Below, in pieces: positions 25,798 to 34,217 of a stretch of DNA of 34,405 nt (position 1 is the first letter of the stretch; the number at the start of each line of letters is the position of its first letter). The notes under the pieces are model-generated. The model was not told the origin of the DNA and did not search any database. It worked only from the letters and a program-made list of their open reading frames with translations. This DNA is from Sphingomonadales bacterium (GTDB taxonomy: Bacteria > Bacteroidota > Bacteroidia > UBA7662). The stretch is from positions 1-34,405 of the forward strand of contig VHAW01000001.1 in the NCBI GenBank assembly GCA_016872225.1, written 5' to 3'. Position numbers and translations under genes: made by a program.

Positions 25798-26919
25798 ATG
25801 AAATACGTTGGTTGGTTTTTGATTTGGGGTGCTCTGCAGAGCCTTTTAGCGCCATATGCCGTTTTAGCCCAATCTCGTCCTGGACCCTCTGGGGTGGACC
25901 TATGTATCGCTCATTACAATTTAGAAAATCTTTTTGATACCTTGAACGATGCCAACGTTAACGACGAGGATTTTCTTCCTCAATCGGAAATGGCTTGGAA
26001 TTCCCTACGCTACTACACCAAACTAGGAAAATTGGCTAAAGTCATCGCAGGACTCAACCGAGGGGAAGTACCCGATTTGATAGGCCTCTGCGAAATGGAA
26101 AATGAAGGCGTTTTGAAGGATTTGTTGCGCCAACCTGAATTGCGTCGTAGTTCTTTGGCCTATTTGCATTGTCCATCCAACGATCCGCGCGGCATCGATG
26201 TCGCTTTGCTTTACCACAAATCAAGATTCAAACCATTGATTCGTAGAGATTTAACGGTGGATTTACCCGGGGATACCGCCTCACCGACCCGCAAGATCCT
26301 GTTGGTCTCCGGAAAAGTCTCCGGAGGAGATACACTCCACATCCTAGTCAATCACTGGCCATCCCGCAGAGGGGGTTTGGAGAAATCAGCCCCTAACCGG
26401 TACGCGGCAGCCCGATGCCTGCGAAAGGCGGTGGACAGTCTATTTGCGCTCTATGGGGGACCCGACCGTTGCCAAATCGTGATAACCGGCGACTTCAACG
26501 ATACCCCACAGGACCTCAGTATTCGTTTGGTCTTGGGGGCAGACTCCAGCGGTTCCCGGGGGCTGTTCCATCCCTTCCTCACGATGGACGGAGGGTCGTA
26601 TTGTTACCAGGATCGATGGGAATGGCTTGACCAAATCATCTTGAGCCGTAGCTTAATGCAAGCAACTTTGCTGCCGCCTTCCGCTGTTTCAGAGTCCCTA
26701 AATTCCAAATCCAAAGACAAGAAAACGGCCTCCGAAACAAGACCCCAATACCATTACATCGCCGGATCTGCCAAAGCTGCGAACGATCCTACGCTTGTTC
26801 AACAAGAGGGAAAATTCAAAGGGTATCCTTACAGGACCTTTGTAGGCAATCGTTATCTTGGCGGCCCCAGCGACCACCTGCCAGTCCTCTTGCATATTCG
26901 TTGCCCCCGTTGTTTCTAG
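25798..26919 (+). CDS. secreted endonuclease/exonuclease/phosphatase (EEP) family protein
   Basis: The signal peptide is MKYVGWFLIWGALQSLLAPYAVLAQ. EEP motifs are present: AHYNLENLFD, IGLCEMEN, LVNHWPSRRGG, VITGDFND and GPSDHLPVLLHI. Confidence 0.9.
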   Translation: MKYVGWFLIWGALQSLLAPYAVLAQSRPGPSGVDLCIAHYNLENLFDTLNDANVNDEDFLPQSEMAWNSLRYYTKLGKLAKVIAGLNRGEVPDLIGLCEMENEGVLKDLLRQPELRRSSLAYLHCPSNDPRGIDVALLYHKSRFKPLIRRDLTVDLPGDTASPTRKILLVSGKVSGGDTLHILVNHWPSRRGGLEKSAPNRYAAARCLRKAVDSLFALYGGPDRCQIVITGDFNDTPQDLSIRLVLGADSSGSRGLFHPFLTMDGGSYCYQDRWEWLDQIILSRSLMQATLLPPSAVSESLNSKSKDKKTASETRPQYHYIAGSAKAANDPTLVQQEGKFKGYPYRTFVGNRYLGGPSDHLPVLLHIRCPRCF

Positions 26920-26928
26920 CCCTGCATC

Positions 26929-27738
26929 ATGCCCCTGTCTCCTCATCCAACCCAAAACACCACTTTATCTTCTCCTGACCGACCTTGGTTTGAATCATGG
27001 TTTGACAGTCCGTATTACGAGGAGGTTTATGATCATCGCAACCTATCTGAAGCCAAAGAATTCATCGGACGTTTAACCCAATGGCTTCAATTACCGTTCA
27101 CAGCCCAAATTCTAGACCTTGGCTGTGGTTGGGGCCGACATACCCGTTCTTTTGCCGAGCTGGGCTACAGGACCACCGGCTTAGACTTGTCTCCCAGATT
27201 AATTGCCAAAGCCCGGGGGAATTTTATTCGACCCGACGACCCCGTTTCTGAACGCATAACCTTCTGCTTAGGCGATATGCGTGATTTTCAATTGGATACC
27301 AAATTCGATATGATCGCTAACCTGTTCACTTCTTTTGGCTATTTCGAAGATTCGGACCAAGACTTAAAGGTTATCCAGAATGCCCGTCACCATTTGAAAC
27401 ACGATGGAATCTTTGTTCTTGACTATTTCAACAAAGAGGCTGTTCTGGCACAACTCCATGAAGCCGAATATCGTATCGGGCCTCTTTTTGATACTAAAAT
27501 TAACCGTTCCATTGAGCATGGTCAATTGATCAAATCCATTGAAATTATCCACAAGCATGCTGATCGTACTACAGAAAAATTTATCGAAAAAGTTCGATGT
27601 TATGATGACCTTGAACTTAAAACCATGCTGAAAACTTCCGATTTTGAGGTGACTCATCATTGGGGAACTTACCAATTAACTCCAGCAGATCCGAACAGTC
27701 CCCGCTGCATTTTGCTGGCTCGCAAATCCAAAGGCTAA
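26929..27738 (+). CDS. class I SAM-dependent methyltransferase
   Basis: Motif I is ILDLGCGWGRH. It is followed by an acidic post-I residue (GLDLS) and DMIANLFTSFGY. The protein is 269 aa. Confidence 0.88.
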   Translation: MPLSPHPTQNTTLSSPDRPWFESWFDSPYYEEVYDHRNLSEAKEFIGRLTQWLQLPFTAQILDLGCGWGRHTRSFAELGYRTTGLDLSPRLIAKARGNFIRPDDPVSERITFCLGDMRDFQLDTKFDMIANLFTSFGYFEDSDQDLKVIQNARHHLKHDGIFVLDYFNKEAVLAQLHEAEYRIGPLFDTKINRSIEHGQLIKSIEIIHKHADRTTEKFIEKVRCYDDLELKTMLKTSDFEVTHHWGTYQLTPADPNSPRCILLARKSKG

Positions 27739-27773
27739 TTCTTTTGAACGTCTCACCGATCTCAGTCCTAAGA

Positions 27774-28457
27774 ATGATATCACATCGAATAGTCCTCTTC
27801 GGTTGGGTGGGATATGCCGCAACCTTGATCCTCTTTCAACAAGTCGGTTGGTTGACAGAACCGCCACCATGGGATCAGCAATTGTTTTGGATGATCAACC
27901 ATCTCTCATTGCCAAGCTGGATGGACAGCTTGGCCATAACCGCCCGGAACCCATGGACTTGGGTCCCCTTATACCTGGCAATTCTAGCGTGGATGTTCTA
28001 CCATCAAATTCCAAAGGCCTGGAAAATATTTATCGTGCTAACCCTAGCAGTAACCCTCAGCGATCAACTATCGGCCTCTCTGATCAAACCCTGGGCCATG
28101 CGGGAACGCCCTTGCCACTTCCCCGGAACCGCAGAAGATTGCCGGTCACTCGTCAATTGTGGTACCGGATTCAGTTTTGTATCGTCTCATGCCAGCAATC
28201 ATTTCGCCCTGGCTTGGACTTTGGGATTGTTGTTTTATAGGCGATGGAAGGCAACAGGTCTAGTGGTGGGGACCTTATGGGCAGGCTTGGTCGGTTGGTC
28301 GCAAATCAGAGTAGGCGTCCATTTCCCTTTGGATATTGCTTGCGGCGCTTTGCTTGGTATCCTTATCGCAACGAGTTTATGGATGACTTTCAGCACCTTG
28401 AAGGTCCCCCCGGCAGTATCTTCCAAGATCACCACCCCCCTTTCGTCGAATTCCTAA
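27774..28457 (+). CDS. PAP2-family (phosphatidic acid phosphatase type 2 / undecaprenyl-diphosphatase-like) membrane phosphatase
   Basis: The three PAP2 motifs are KPWAMRERP, SFVSSHASN and SQIRVGVHFPLD. The protein is polytopic. I prefer the ATG at 27774 because the track start at 27660 overlaps the methyltransferase gene. Confidence 0.85.
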   Translation: MISHRIVLFGWVGYAATLILFQQVGWLTEPPPWDQQLFWMINHLSLPSWMDSLAITARNPWTWVPLYLAILAWMFYHQIPKAWKIFIVLTLAVTLSDQLSASLIKPWAMRERPCHFPGTAEDCRSLVNCGTGFSFVSSHASNHFALAWTLGLLFYRRWKATGLVVGTLWAGLVGWSQIRVGVHFPLDIACGALLGILIATSLWMTFSTLKVPPAVSSKITTPLSSNS

Positions 28458-28467
28458 TCAGAACTCT

Positions 28468-29313
28468 ATGTTATTTACCAGTTTAGCCCTTTTGATTTCA
28501 GGAATTTTGGGCGGTGTCTTGGCCAGAGTATACCAAGGAGCCATGGACCAACTGCGGTTTCGATGGTTACTCACCTTCTGCGGGGGATTGCTCTTTAGCA
28601 CAGCCATCCTGCACTTGCTTCCTGAGGTGCTCGCTTACGGCCACCCCACCGAAAACCTATGGTTGCTCAGCGGCTTCTTCTTACAATTGATCCTGGAAAA
28701 ATTTTCAGCGGGCATCGAACATGGTCACCTTCATCACGAAGCCAATCATCACTGCGACCACCCCCTCCACGAAGAACATCCTCATAAAAGTCATAATGCA
28801 ATTCTGACCGCATCTACCGACTCAAGCAAAAAAGCCACAGGCCAAGGCCCCTCCGTTTGGTTAGCCTATGCGCGTTCTTGGGGATTGATGATCAGTCTTA
28901 GCATCCACGGCTTAATTGAAGGCATTCCCCTATCGGGCGTTGCAAACACCTATGCTGATAGCAAAATTCCTATAACACCACTTCTTTTGGGGATCCTACT
29001 CCACAAGACCCCAACCAACTTTGCCCTTGCAGCCTTGCTCATTCGGCAGAAAGCGCATCCCCTTATGTTATGGGCAGCTGTCATCTGGGTCGCAAGTTGC
29101 ACACCTTTGGGCCTATGGATTGGCCATGGGCTTGGACATACCGGTGAAGGCAACCGCGAAATTCTGCATGCTTTGATGGCCCTGGCCACAGGATCCTTCC
29201 TCCAAATAGCCTCCACCATTCTCTTCGAAAGCAGCAACAACCACAAATTCAACTGGATTCAATTATCTGGGGCACTTCTGGGCGCATATCTTGCTTATTT
29301 CATGGGACACTAA
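28468..29313 (+). CDS. ZIP-family divalent metal (zinc) transporter
   Basis: It is polytopic with a central His-rich loop (EHGHLHHEANHHCDHPLHEEHPHKSH). A conserved LSIHGLIEGIPL helix is present. Confidence 0.85.
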   Translation: MLFTSLALLISGILGGVLARVYQGAMDQLRFRWLLTFCGGLLFSTAILHLLPEVLAYGHPTENLWLLSGFFLQLILEKFSAGIEHGHLHHEANHHCDHPLHEEHPHKSHNAILTASTDSSKKATGQGPSVWLAYARSWGLMISLSIHGLIEGIPLSGVANTYADSKIPITPLLLGILLHKTPTNFALAALLIRQKAHPLMLWAAVIWVASCTPLGLWIGHGLGHTGEGNREILHALMALATGSFLQIASTILFESSNNHKFNWIQLSGALLGAYLAYFMGH

Positions 29314-29357
29314 CCCAGGATGACCCCATTTTTTGATCCGCTCCATAAATTATTATT

Positions 29358-30281
29358 ATGTTCGACAAAAATACATTGACCGGCAAACATATTTTGGTGA
29401 CCGGCGGCGGTTCCGGTCTCGGCCTTGCCATGGCTCAGAAATTTTATACCTTAGGGGCCCAAGTTGCCATTTGCGGCAGAACAGAATCCAAACTAAAGCA
29501 AGCGACTGTACAGATTGGCGAGGGAAGCCTATACTACGTGTGCGATGTTCGGGACCCCTCCGCGGTTACCGCCATGTTCGACTATTTAATCGAGCAATGG
29601 GATCGAGTCGATGGTTTGGTGAACAATGCTGCAGGAAATTTCCTTGCAGCGTCGGAAGACCTGAGTCCCAATGCTTTTGCATCGGTGGTAGATATCGTCC
29701 TTAAGGGCACTTTTCACTGCACCTTGGAATTTGGAAATCGTTTGATCCAAAAGAACTCGACAGCCCCCTCTCCACAAGGCGCCTCGGCCAAAGAAGAATC
29801 CAATGGCCAAAGCAAAGAGTCAATTTCTTCACCTTGTGGAAATATCATCAACATTGTTACAACCTACACCGAAACCGGTTCCGCCTTTGTTCTGCCTTCG
29901 GCATGCGCCAAGGCGGGAGTCCTTGCCATGACCAACAGCCTTGCCGTCGAATGGTCCACCTACGGTATTCGGCTTAATGCCATTGCGCCAGGGCCTTTTC
30001 CTACGGAGGGCGCATGGTCGCGCCTTATGCCCGACCCCTCCATCGAAGAAGCCTACAAAAGAGGAATTCCCTTAGGTCGTTACGGCCAATCCGAAGAACT
30101 GGCCAACCTTGCCGCCTTCCTGATGAGTCCTATGGCGGATTATATCCAAGGCGGTTGCATCTCGATTGACGGTGGGGAGCGTCTCATGGCAGGGCAATTC
30201 AATCGCTTTGTCCAGTGGATGCCCAGGCCCATGATCAAACAAGCCTTTGGTGCGATGAAGCCTCCTAAAAATCCCTCGTAG
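29358..30281 (+). CDS. SDR-family oxidoreductase, 2,4-dienoyl-CoA reductase-like
   Basis: The cofactor motif is ILVTGGGSGLGLAMA, followed by NNAAGNF. A downstream ...CAKAGVLAMTNSLAVEW...IRLNAIAPGPF is present. A ~30-aa low-complexity insert is also present (see findings). Confidence 0.9.
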   Translation: MFDKNTLTGKHILVTGGGSGLGLAMAQKFYTLGAQVAICGRTESKLKQATVQIGEGSLYYVCDVRDPSAVTAMFDYLIEQWDRVDGLVNNAAGNFLAASEDLSPNAFASVVDIVLKGTFHCTLEFGNRLIQKNSTAPSPQGASAKEESNGQSKESISSPCGNIINIVTTYTETGSAFVLPSACAKAGVLAMTNSLAVEWSTYGIRLNAIAPGPFPTEGAWSRLMPDPSIEEAYKRGIPLGRYGQSEELANLAAFLMSPMADYIQGGCISIDGGERLMAGQFNRFVQWMPRPMIKQAFGAMKPPKNPS

Positions 30282-30672
30282 CCGACTTGGAAAAGCTCGT
30301 TGCCAAGACCTTGCCGGCAACGAACACGTCAAGACGGTATAGCCCCGAGGATAGAGAGGCATTGCCATCTGGCTGATGCCCAAGTATCCCGGGTGAATTT
30401 GAAAGAAATAATCCCTGAACACCTGCCAGCAAGGCAATCCTACGGGTTGAATCGGGCATCAGGCTGAATTGTTGGAACGCCGAACCCGGATTCCAATGGT
30501 TAAAAGCTCTTGCGATGAACAAGCGGCCCCTGAAGGAACATAGGATGAGACCGAATCCACCATGACGGTCACCTACCCCCACCATTGGACTCATGGCAGG
30601 CCACAACAAAGAAGGTTGCAAAACCAAGGAGAATGAATCGCATAAGCAAGGGGTAAAGGTATACCAGGTCAA
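30265..30672 (-). CDS. hypothetical protein (weakly supported ORF downstream of the LuxE-like gene)
   Basis: This is the only long ORF in the 464-nt gap between two confident genes. It has a TTG start at 30672, and the first ATG is at 30594 (MSPMVGVGDRHGG...). I recognise no family. Its last 17 nt overlap the convergent SDR gene. Confidence 0.3.
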   Translation of the reverse strand: MTWYTFTPCLCDSFSLVLQPSLLWPAMSPMVGVGDRHGGFGLILCSFRGRLFIARAFNHWNPGSAFQQFSLMPDSTRRIALLAGVQGLFLSNSPGILGHQPDGNASLSSGLYRLDVFVAGKVLATSFSKSATRDF

Positions 30673-30745
30673 AAACGGTCATTGCCTCAATGAAAACTCC
30701 TTCACCTTTTTAAAAAATTCAAAGAACGAACCCGCGCTTGGAAAA

Positions 30746-31972
30746 TTATCCCCCCGTATAAAGCATGTTGCAGCCCCTGGTTTCGGCGCCCTCCAACCGG
30801 CCTAACAATTCCAAACTGCCGTCTTGCAAAATGCGCCCTGCGTCAGCAGTCTGAAGAAAGGCCAGGCTGTAGTAATTGGATGTATCCACGATGTTGATGC
30901 CTCCACGGGTTCCTGGGGATTCCCATTCAAGCGGGTTATCGGATCGATAAATACCGATACCCACCGAAGCGGGAAATACAAAACCCTCGAAGGCCGAACC
31001 GTCTATTCGATAAGCCTGCGAGCTTAATTCAGTCATTCCATACTCACTACCCAAGCGAAGCCCTGTCGCAGAACTTATTTGCTCCCGAAGCCATCCCCTA
31101 AAGCCCTCCGGTGTCCAACCCTGATCCATGCCTTTGGTGCCACCCGTTTCAATCAGAATATCTCCTTGATGTGGTTGCCAGTCCCTGTTCCTCCACAAAT
31201 TATCGCCGAACCAGTCCCATAAGGCATGCGGTATTCCCCATACCAAGGTTGACCTTCCCGCATTTCCGGCTTCTTTCCACTGCCTCATTAACGTCGCATA
31301 GTCCTTACGATAAAAGGCCCCAAACTTCATTGCTCCATGATCCATGAAATATTGTAACATTGCCAAAAGAGACGACTCCCCTCGATCCATATACGACGGC
31401 AACAAGGCCAGTAAAATACTGTTGTTCAAATCACCTAGACATTGTACCGCATGCATCATGGAGCGAGCCATCACCTCGGATTCAAAGGCCATCCAATGCC
31501 TCGAACGCTGAACCTCGCTAAACACACCCTCTGAATGGGTACTCACTTGGGCGCTGGTCCCGCTGCTTCGAAACACCGTACTTGGACGAGGAACACCCCA
31601 GTACAAGTCCTCGTGTTTGAAGGCATCCACCGGCATAAACACCAACTGATCCGGATAACGGATGGAATCGGCATTGGGGCGAAGAGCATTCACCCAACGA
31701 CCGAAGGAAGGCAACGCTTGACGCTGTCGATGAAATAGATCCATCACCGCAGCAGTTTGCTCATCGTTCCAATTTTTCCACCCCATGCCTGAACCACCTC
31801 CCAAAATCGCATGGCATGCGGGCTCCTCCAAATTCGTAAGCCCAGAGCATCCTTGTATCGGCTGTTTATCCCAAAGGCTCCAAAATTGAAGCAAAGATTC
31901 TCTCAACGAGTCCATCGGTGACAGGGCTTGTATTGAATTTTGGATAAAAGTACGATACCCCATCATGAGCAA
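30746..31972 (-). CDS. LuxE-like acyl-protein synthetase / adenylate-forming enzyme (often annotated 'acyl transferase')
   Basis: Family-typical blocks are present: FRSSGTS, LLALLPSYMDRGESSLLAML, ILIETGGTKGM, GSEYGMTELSSQAY, GGINIVDTSNYYSLAFLQTADAG and LELLGRLEGAETRGCNMLY. Confidence 0.72.
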   Translation of the reverse strand: MLMMGYRTFIQNSIQALSPMDSLRESLLQFWSLWDKQPIQGCSGLTNLEEPACHAILGGGSGMGWKNWNDEQTAAVMDLFHRQRQALPSFGRWVNALRPNADSIRYPDQLVFMPVDAFKHEDLYWGVPRPSTVFRSSGTSAQVSTHSEGVFSEVQRSRHWMAFESEVMARSMMHAVQCLGDLNNSILLALLPSYMDRGESSLLAMLQYFMDHGAMKFGAFYRKDYATLMRQWKEAGNAGRSTLVWGIPHALWDWFGDNLWRNRDWQPHQGDILIETGGTKGMDQGWTPEGFRGWLREQISSATGLRLGSEYGMTELSSQAYRIDGSAFEGFVFPASVGIGIYRSDNPLEWESPGTRGGINIVDTSNYYSLAFLQTADAGRILQDGSLELLGRLEGAETRGCNMLYTGG

Positions 31973-32028
31973 GTCGACTTAATCAATCGAAACCCTGATT
32001 CACCAAACAAGGGCTCCACATTTTGAGA

Positions 32029-32036
32029 TAAATTTG
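32029..32036 (+). promoter_or_regulatory. candidate -7 promoter box (TAAATTTG) for the lipoprotein/PorQ-like gene pair
   Basis: TAAATTTG matches TAnnTTTG. It ends 7 nt before ATG 32044 and 43 nt before ATG 32080. This spacing favours 32080 as the translated start. Confidence 0.35.
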
Positions 32037-32079
32037 CTCTATCATGTTGCACCCTGTTTGGTTCATCCTATCAAGACTT

Positions 32080-32565
32080 ATGAAAAAGCTAAATCCAGGA
32101 CTTTTGAGGCCTTCACGGTGGGGATTCATAGGGTTGTTAGCCTTAATGAGCTGTGATTTGCTCTTTATCCCTCAGATTTTTCCTCCGCAAGTGGACTTGA
32201 TTGCCCCCACCGATACCCTATGGCTTCGGTCAGGTCGGGATACCCTTAATTTGGTATTTCGAATTCGCGACGAGGACGGAGACCTGGGCCGCGATACCAT
32301 GGACCAAACCAAGGACCTCGGAATACTGGAAGTCCGTTACGGTAGCCCCCCCTTTGACACTACCTACACCGAATACGTAATCCCCAACCTCACCCCCAAA
32401 GGTGCGGACAAAAGATTAGATGCCTCCTTGAAGGTATCTGTGGAGCCCTTGACCATGCGAAGCGGGCTCGCCGTGGATTCTTCGCAATTCTATGTGGTTC
32501 TCCGAGACAGAGCCGGAAATCCCTGTCCCGTAATTGCATTGCCCACGATTTATCTACGTCCATGA
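32080..32565 (+). CDS. hypothetical lipoprotein
   Basis: MKKLNPGLLRPSRWGFIGLLALMSCDLL is a signal peptide with a lipobox-like LMSC. I recognise no family. Confidence 0.6.
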   Translation: MKKLNPGLLRPSRWGFIGLLALMSCDLLFIPQIFPPQVDLIAPTDTLWLRSGRDTLNLVFRIRDEDGDLGRDTMDQTKDLGILEVRYGSPPFDTTYTEYVIPNLTPKGADKRLDASLKVSVEPLTMRSGLAVDSSQFYVVLRDRAGNPCPVIALPTIYLRP

Positions 32566-32566
32566 G

Positions 32567-33655
32567 ATGCATTCTCTGATCAGTAAATATCATGCAACAG
32601 CGCAGGCAGTCCTTTGGTTGACCTTGTTCCTCAGCCAAGCGGCCATTGCCCAAAGCGGGGGTCGTTCCATGTTTGGTCAAATGCAGGGTGAGATTGATCC
32701 GGTCACCATGAGCATGGGCGGATTTGCCCCGGTCTGGGGACCTCTCGGTCTAGGATCGGCCATAAGCAATCCGGCCTTGCTGGAAGAGTGCAGTCAGCAC
32801 CGATGGTTTACGGGATGGTCAAAACGGCCTGCCGGGTTGCAACAAGGTGGATTTGCCATGGTGCTTCCTCTTAAACGCTTTCCTGAATGGCATGCTGCCA
32901 TCGGAACACAATTTACAGGAACAGGATCCATGCCTTCCACGGATCCATTCGGCATGGAAACTGGGCAAACGCAAGCCGGCGAAGGAGTGTTACAGGCAAG
33001 CCTTGGACACCGATTCAGCCCCCGGCTGAATTGGGGGGTGCAGACACGAGTCGTCTCATCGTATTTAGGCTCCTATTCCGCCTGGGGAGCAGGCTTGGAT
33101 ATGGCCCTGCGCTATACCGATACCGCCCAAAGGCTTGGAGTCTGCCTGCTCCTGCACGATGCATCGATTATCTTGAAAGACTACGTCTATACTTCGGCGG
33201 CATCCCGCTTCCCGCCGGTTCGCTTGAATCTGATGCTCACCAATGAATTGATGCATCTCCCGCTACGTTGGTCTCTGGGTATGCAGCATTTGCAAAACTG
33301 GAACCTGCGCTACGACGATCCAAACGATCCGTACAAAACCGATAATCTGCTCCTTGGACAAGATAGTGTTACCAAATCATCTCGTTGGGCAGATCTTGGA
33401 CGGGAAGCTTTCCTGCATTTGGTTTTCAATGCCGAACTCCGTTTGAGCAAGGCCATCCGCCTGCGCGGCGGTTACAACGCATTGCAAAGGGCCGAATGGG
33501 CTTTCCCTGAGCGTTCAGGCAGCAGCGGGTTTACCTTCGGTATAGGTCTGTTCACTCGCCGATTCAGCGTGGACTTTGGCACCGGGGCCCAAACCCTGGC
33601 CGGCAGACAAAGTTCCGTAGCATTTTCTTGGAACTTCAGCCCAGTAAAGCCTTGA
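32567..33655 (+). CDS. PorQ-like type IX secretion system outer-membrane beta-barrel protein
   Basis: The signal peptide ends in AQ. It is followed by SGGRSMFGQM...MSMGGFAPV...AISNPALLEE, which resembles the PorQ N-terminal pattern (GG..F.FL....SAR..ALGG......NPALL). The rest is beta-rich and ends ...VAFSWNFSPVKP. The ATG at 32567 lies 1 nt after the upstream stop. Confidence 0.55.
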   Translation: MHSLISKYHATAQAVLWLTLFLSQAAIAQSGGRSMFGQMQGEIDPVTMSMGGFAPVWGPLGLGSAISNPALLEECSQHRWFTGWSKRPAGLQQGGFAMVLPLKRFPEWHAAIGTQFTGTGSMPSTDPFGMETGQTQAGEGVLQASLGHRFSPRLNWGVQTRVVSSYLGSYSAWGAGLDMALRYTDTAQRLGVCLLLHDASIILKDYVYTSAASRFPPVRLNLMLTNELMHLPLRWSLGMQHLQNWNLRYDDPNDPYKTDNLLLGQDSVTKSSRWADLGREAFLHLVFNAELRLSKAIRLRGGYNALQRAEWAFPERSGSSGFTFGIGLFTRRFSVDFGTGAQTLAGRQSSVAFSWNFSPVKP

Positions 33656-33703
33656 TTTAAACGTTGCAGAATAGCATTTCACTTTGACAAAAAACGCCGC
33701 TAA

Positions 33704-34214
33704 ATTATTCCCATAAATATTTTCAAAATACTGAATTCCTACTATCGCCTCCTCCTGACCATTCTTGCCATCCCCTTTGGATGGCCAACCGTCTCTGCAA
33801 ACTCGCCAAAGAACGCACCATCTCCAACAACGAACACATATGTTTCCGTTTCGGTAGACTCTTTGCTGTTGTACCAAATTTATATTCGAAATTTTAGCAC
33901 CCAAGGCAACCTGCAAGGGGTAATTGCCGGACTAGATCGCATTCAAGGCCTTGCCATACGCTCTGGTTGATGCCGGTGCATCCATTAAAATTTGTGAATC
34001 GCAAAGGTATTTTTGGTGGTCCCTGCGGGGTGCTGGTCAACAAGCCATTTTAGTAGTGGTAAACATTCGTAACAAAAACCTCAAATCGAAGGTGCCCCCC
34101 GATTACCGTGCGCGTTCCTTTGTGAACCTCCTTGACCAAAGCACAGCCTACCTCAAGGAAGAACTTGAATTGGAGCCTTACGGCATTCGCCTGCTCAAGA
34201 CCTTCAAGCCCTAA
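33704..34214 (+). pseudogene. decayed GH13 alpha-amylase-family gene (no start codon, frameshifts, large internal deletion)
   Basis: Three frames carry consecutive GH13 pieces. Frame 2 reads ...KILNSYYRLLLTILAIPFGWPTVSA...LLLYQIYIRNFSTQGNLQGVIAGLDRIQGL. Frame 1 reads HTLWLMPVHPLKFVNRKGIFGGP. Frame 0 reads AILVVVNIRNKNLKSKVPPDY...LELEPYGIRLLKTFKP. No ATG, GTG or TTG precedes the signal-peptide-like part. Confidence 0.6.
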
Positions 34215-34217
34215 GGT

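Noticed and set aside
33515-33916. A 133-aa minus-strand ORF bridges the PorQ-like gene end and the amylase remnant.
   Set aside because: It overlaps the confident 3' end of the plus-strand gene. The plus strand carries recognisable GH13 remnants, so this is most likely a chance ORF.
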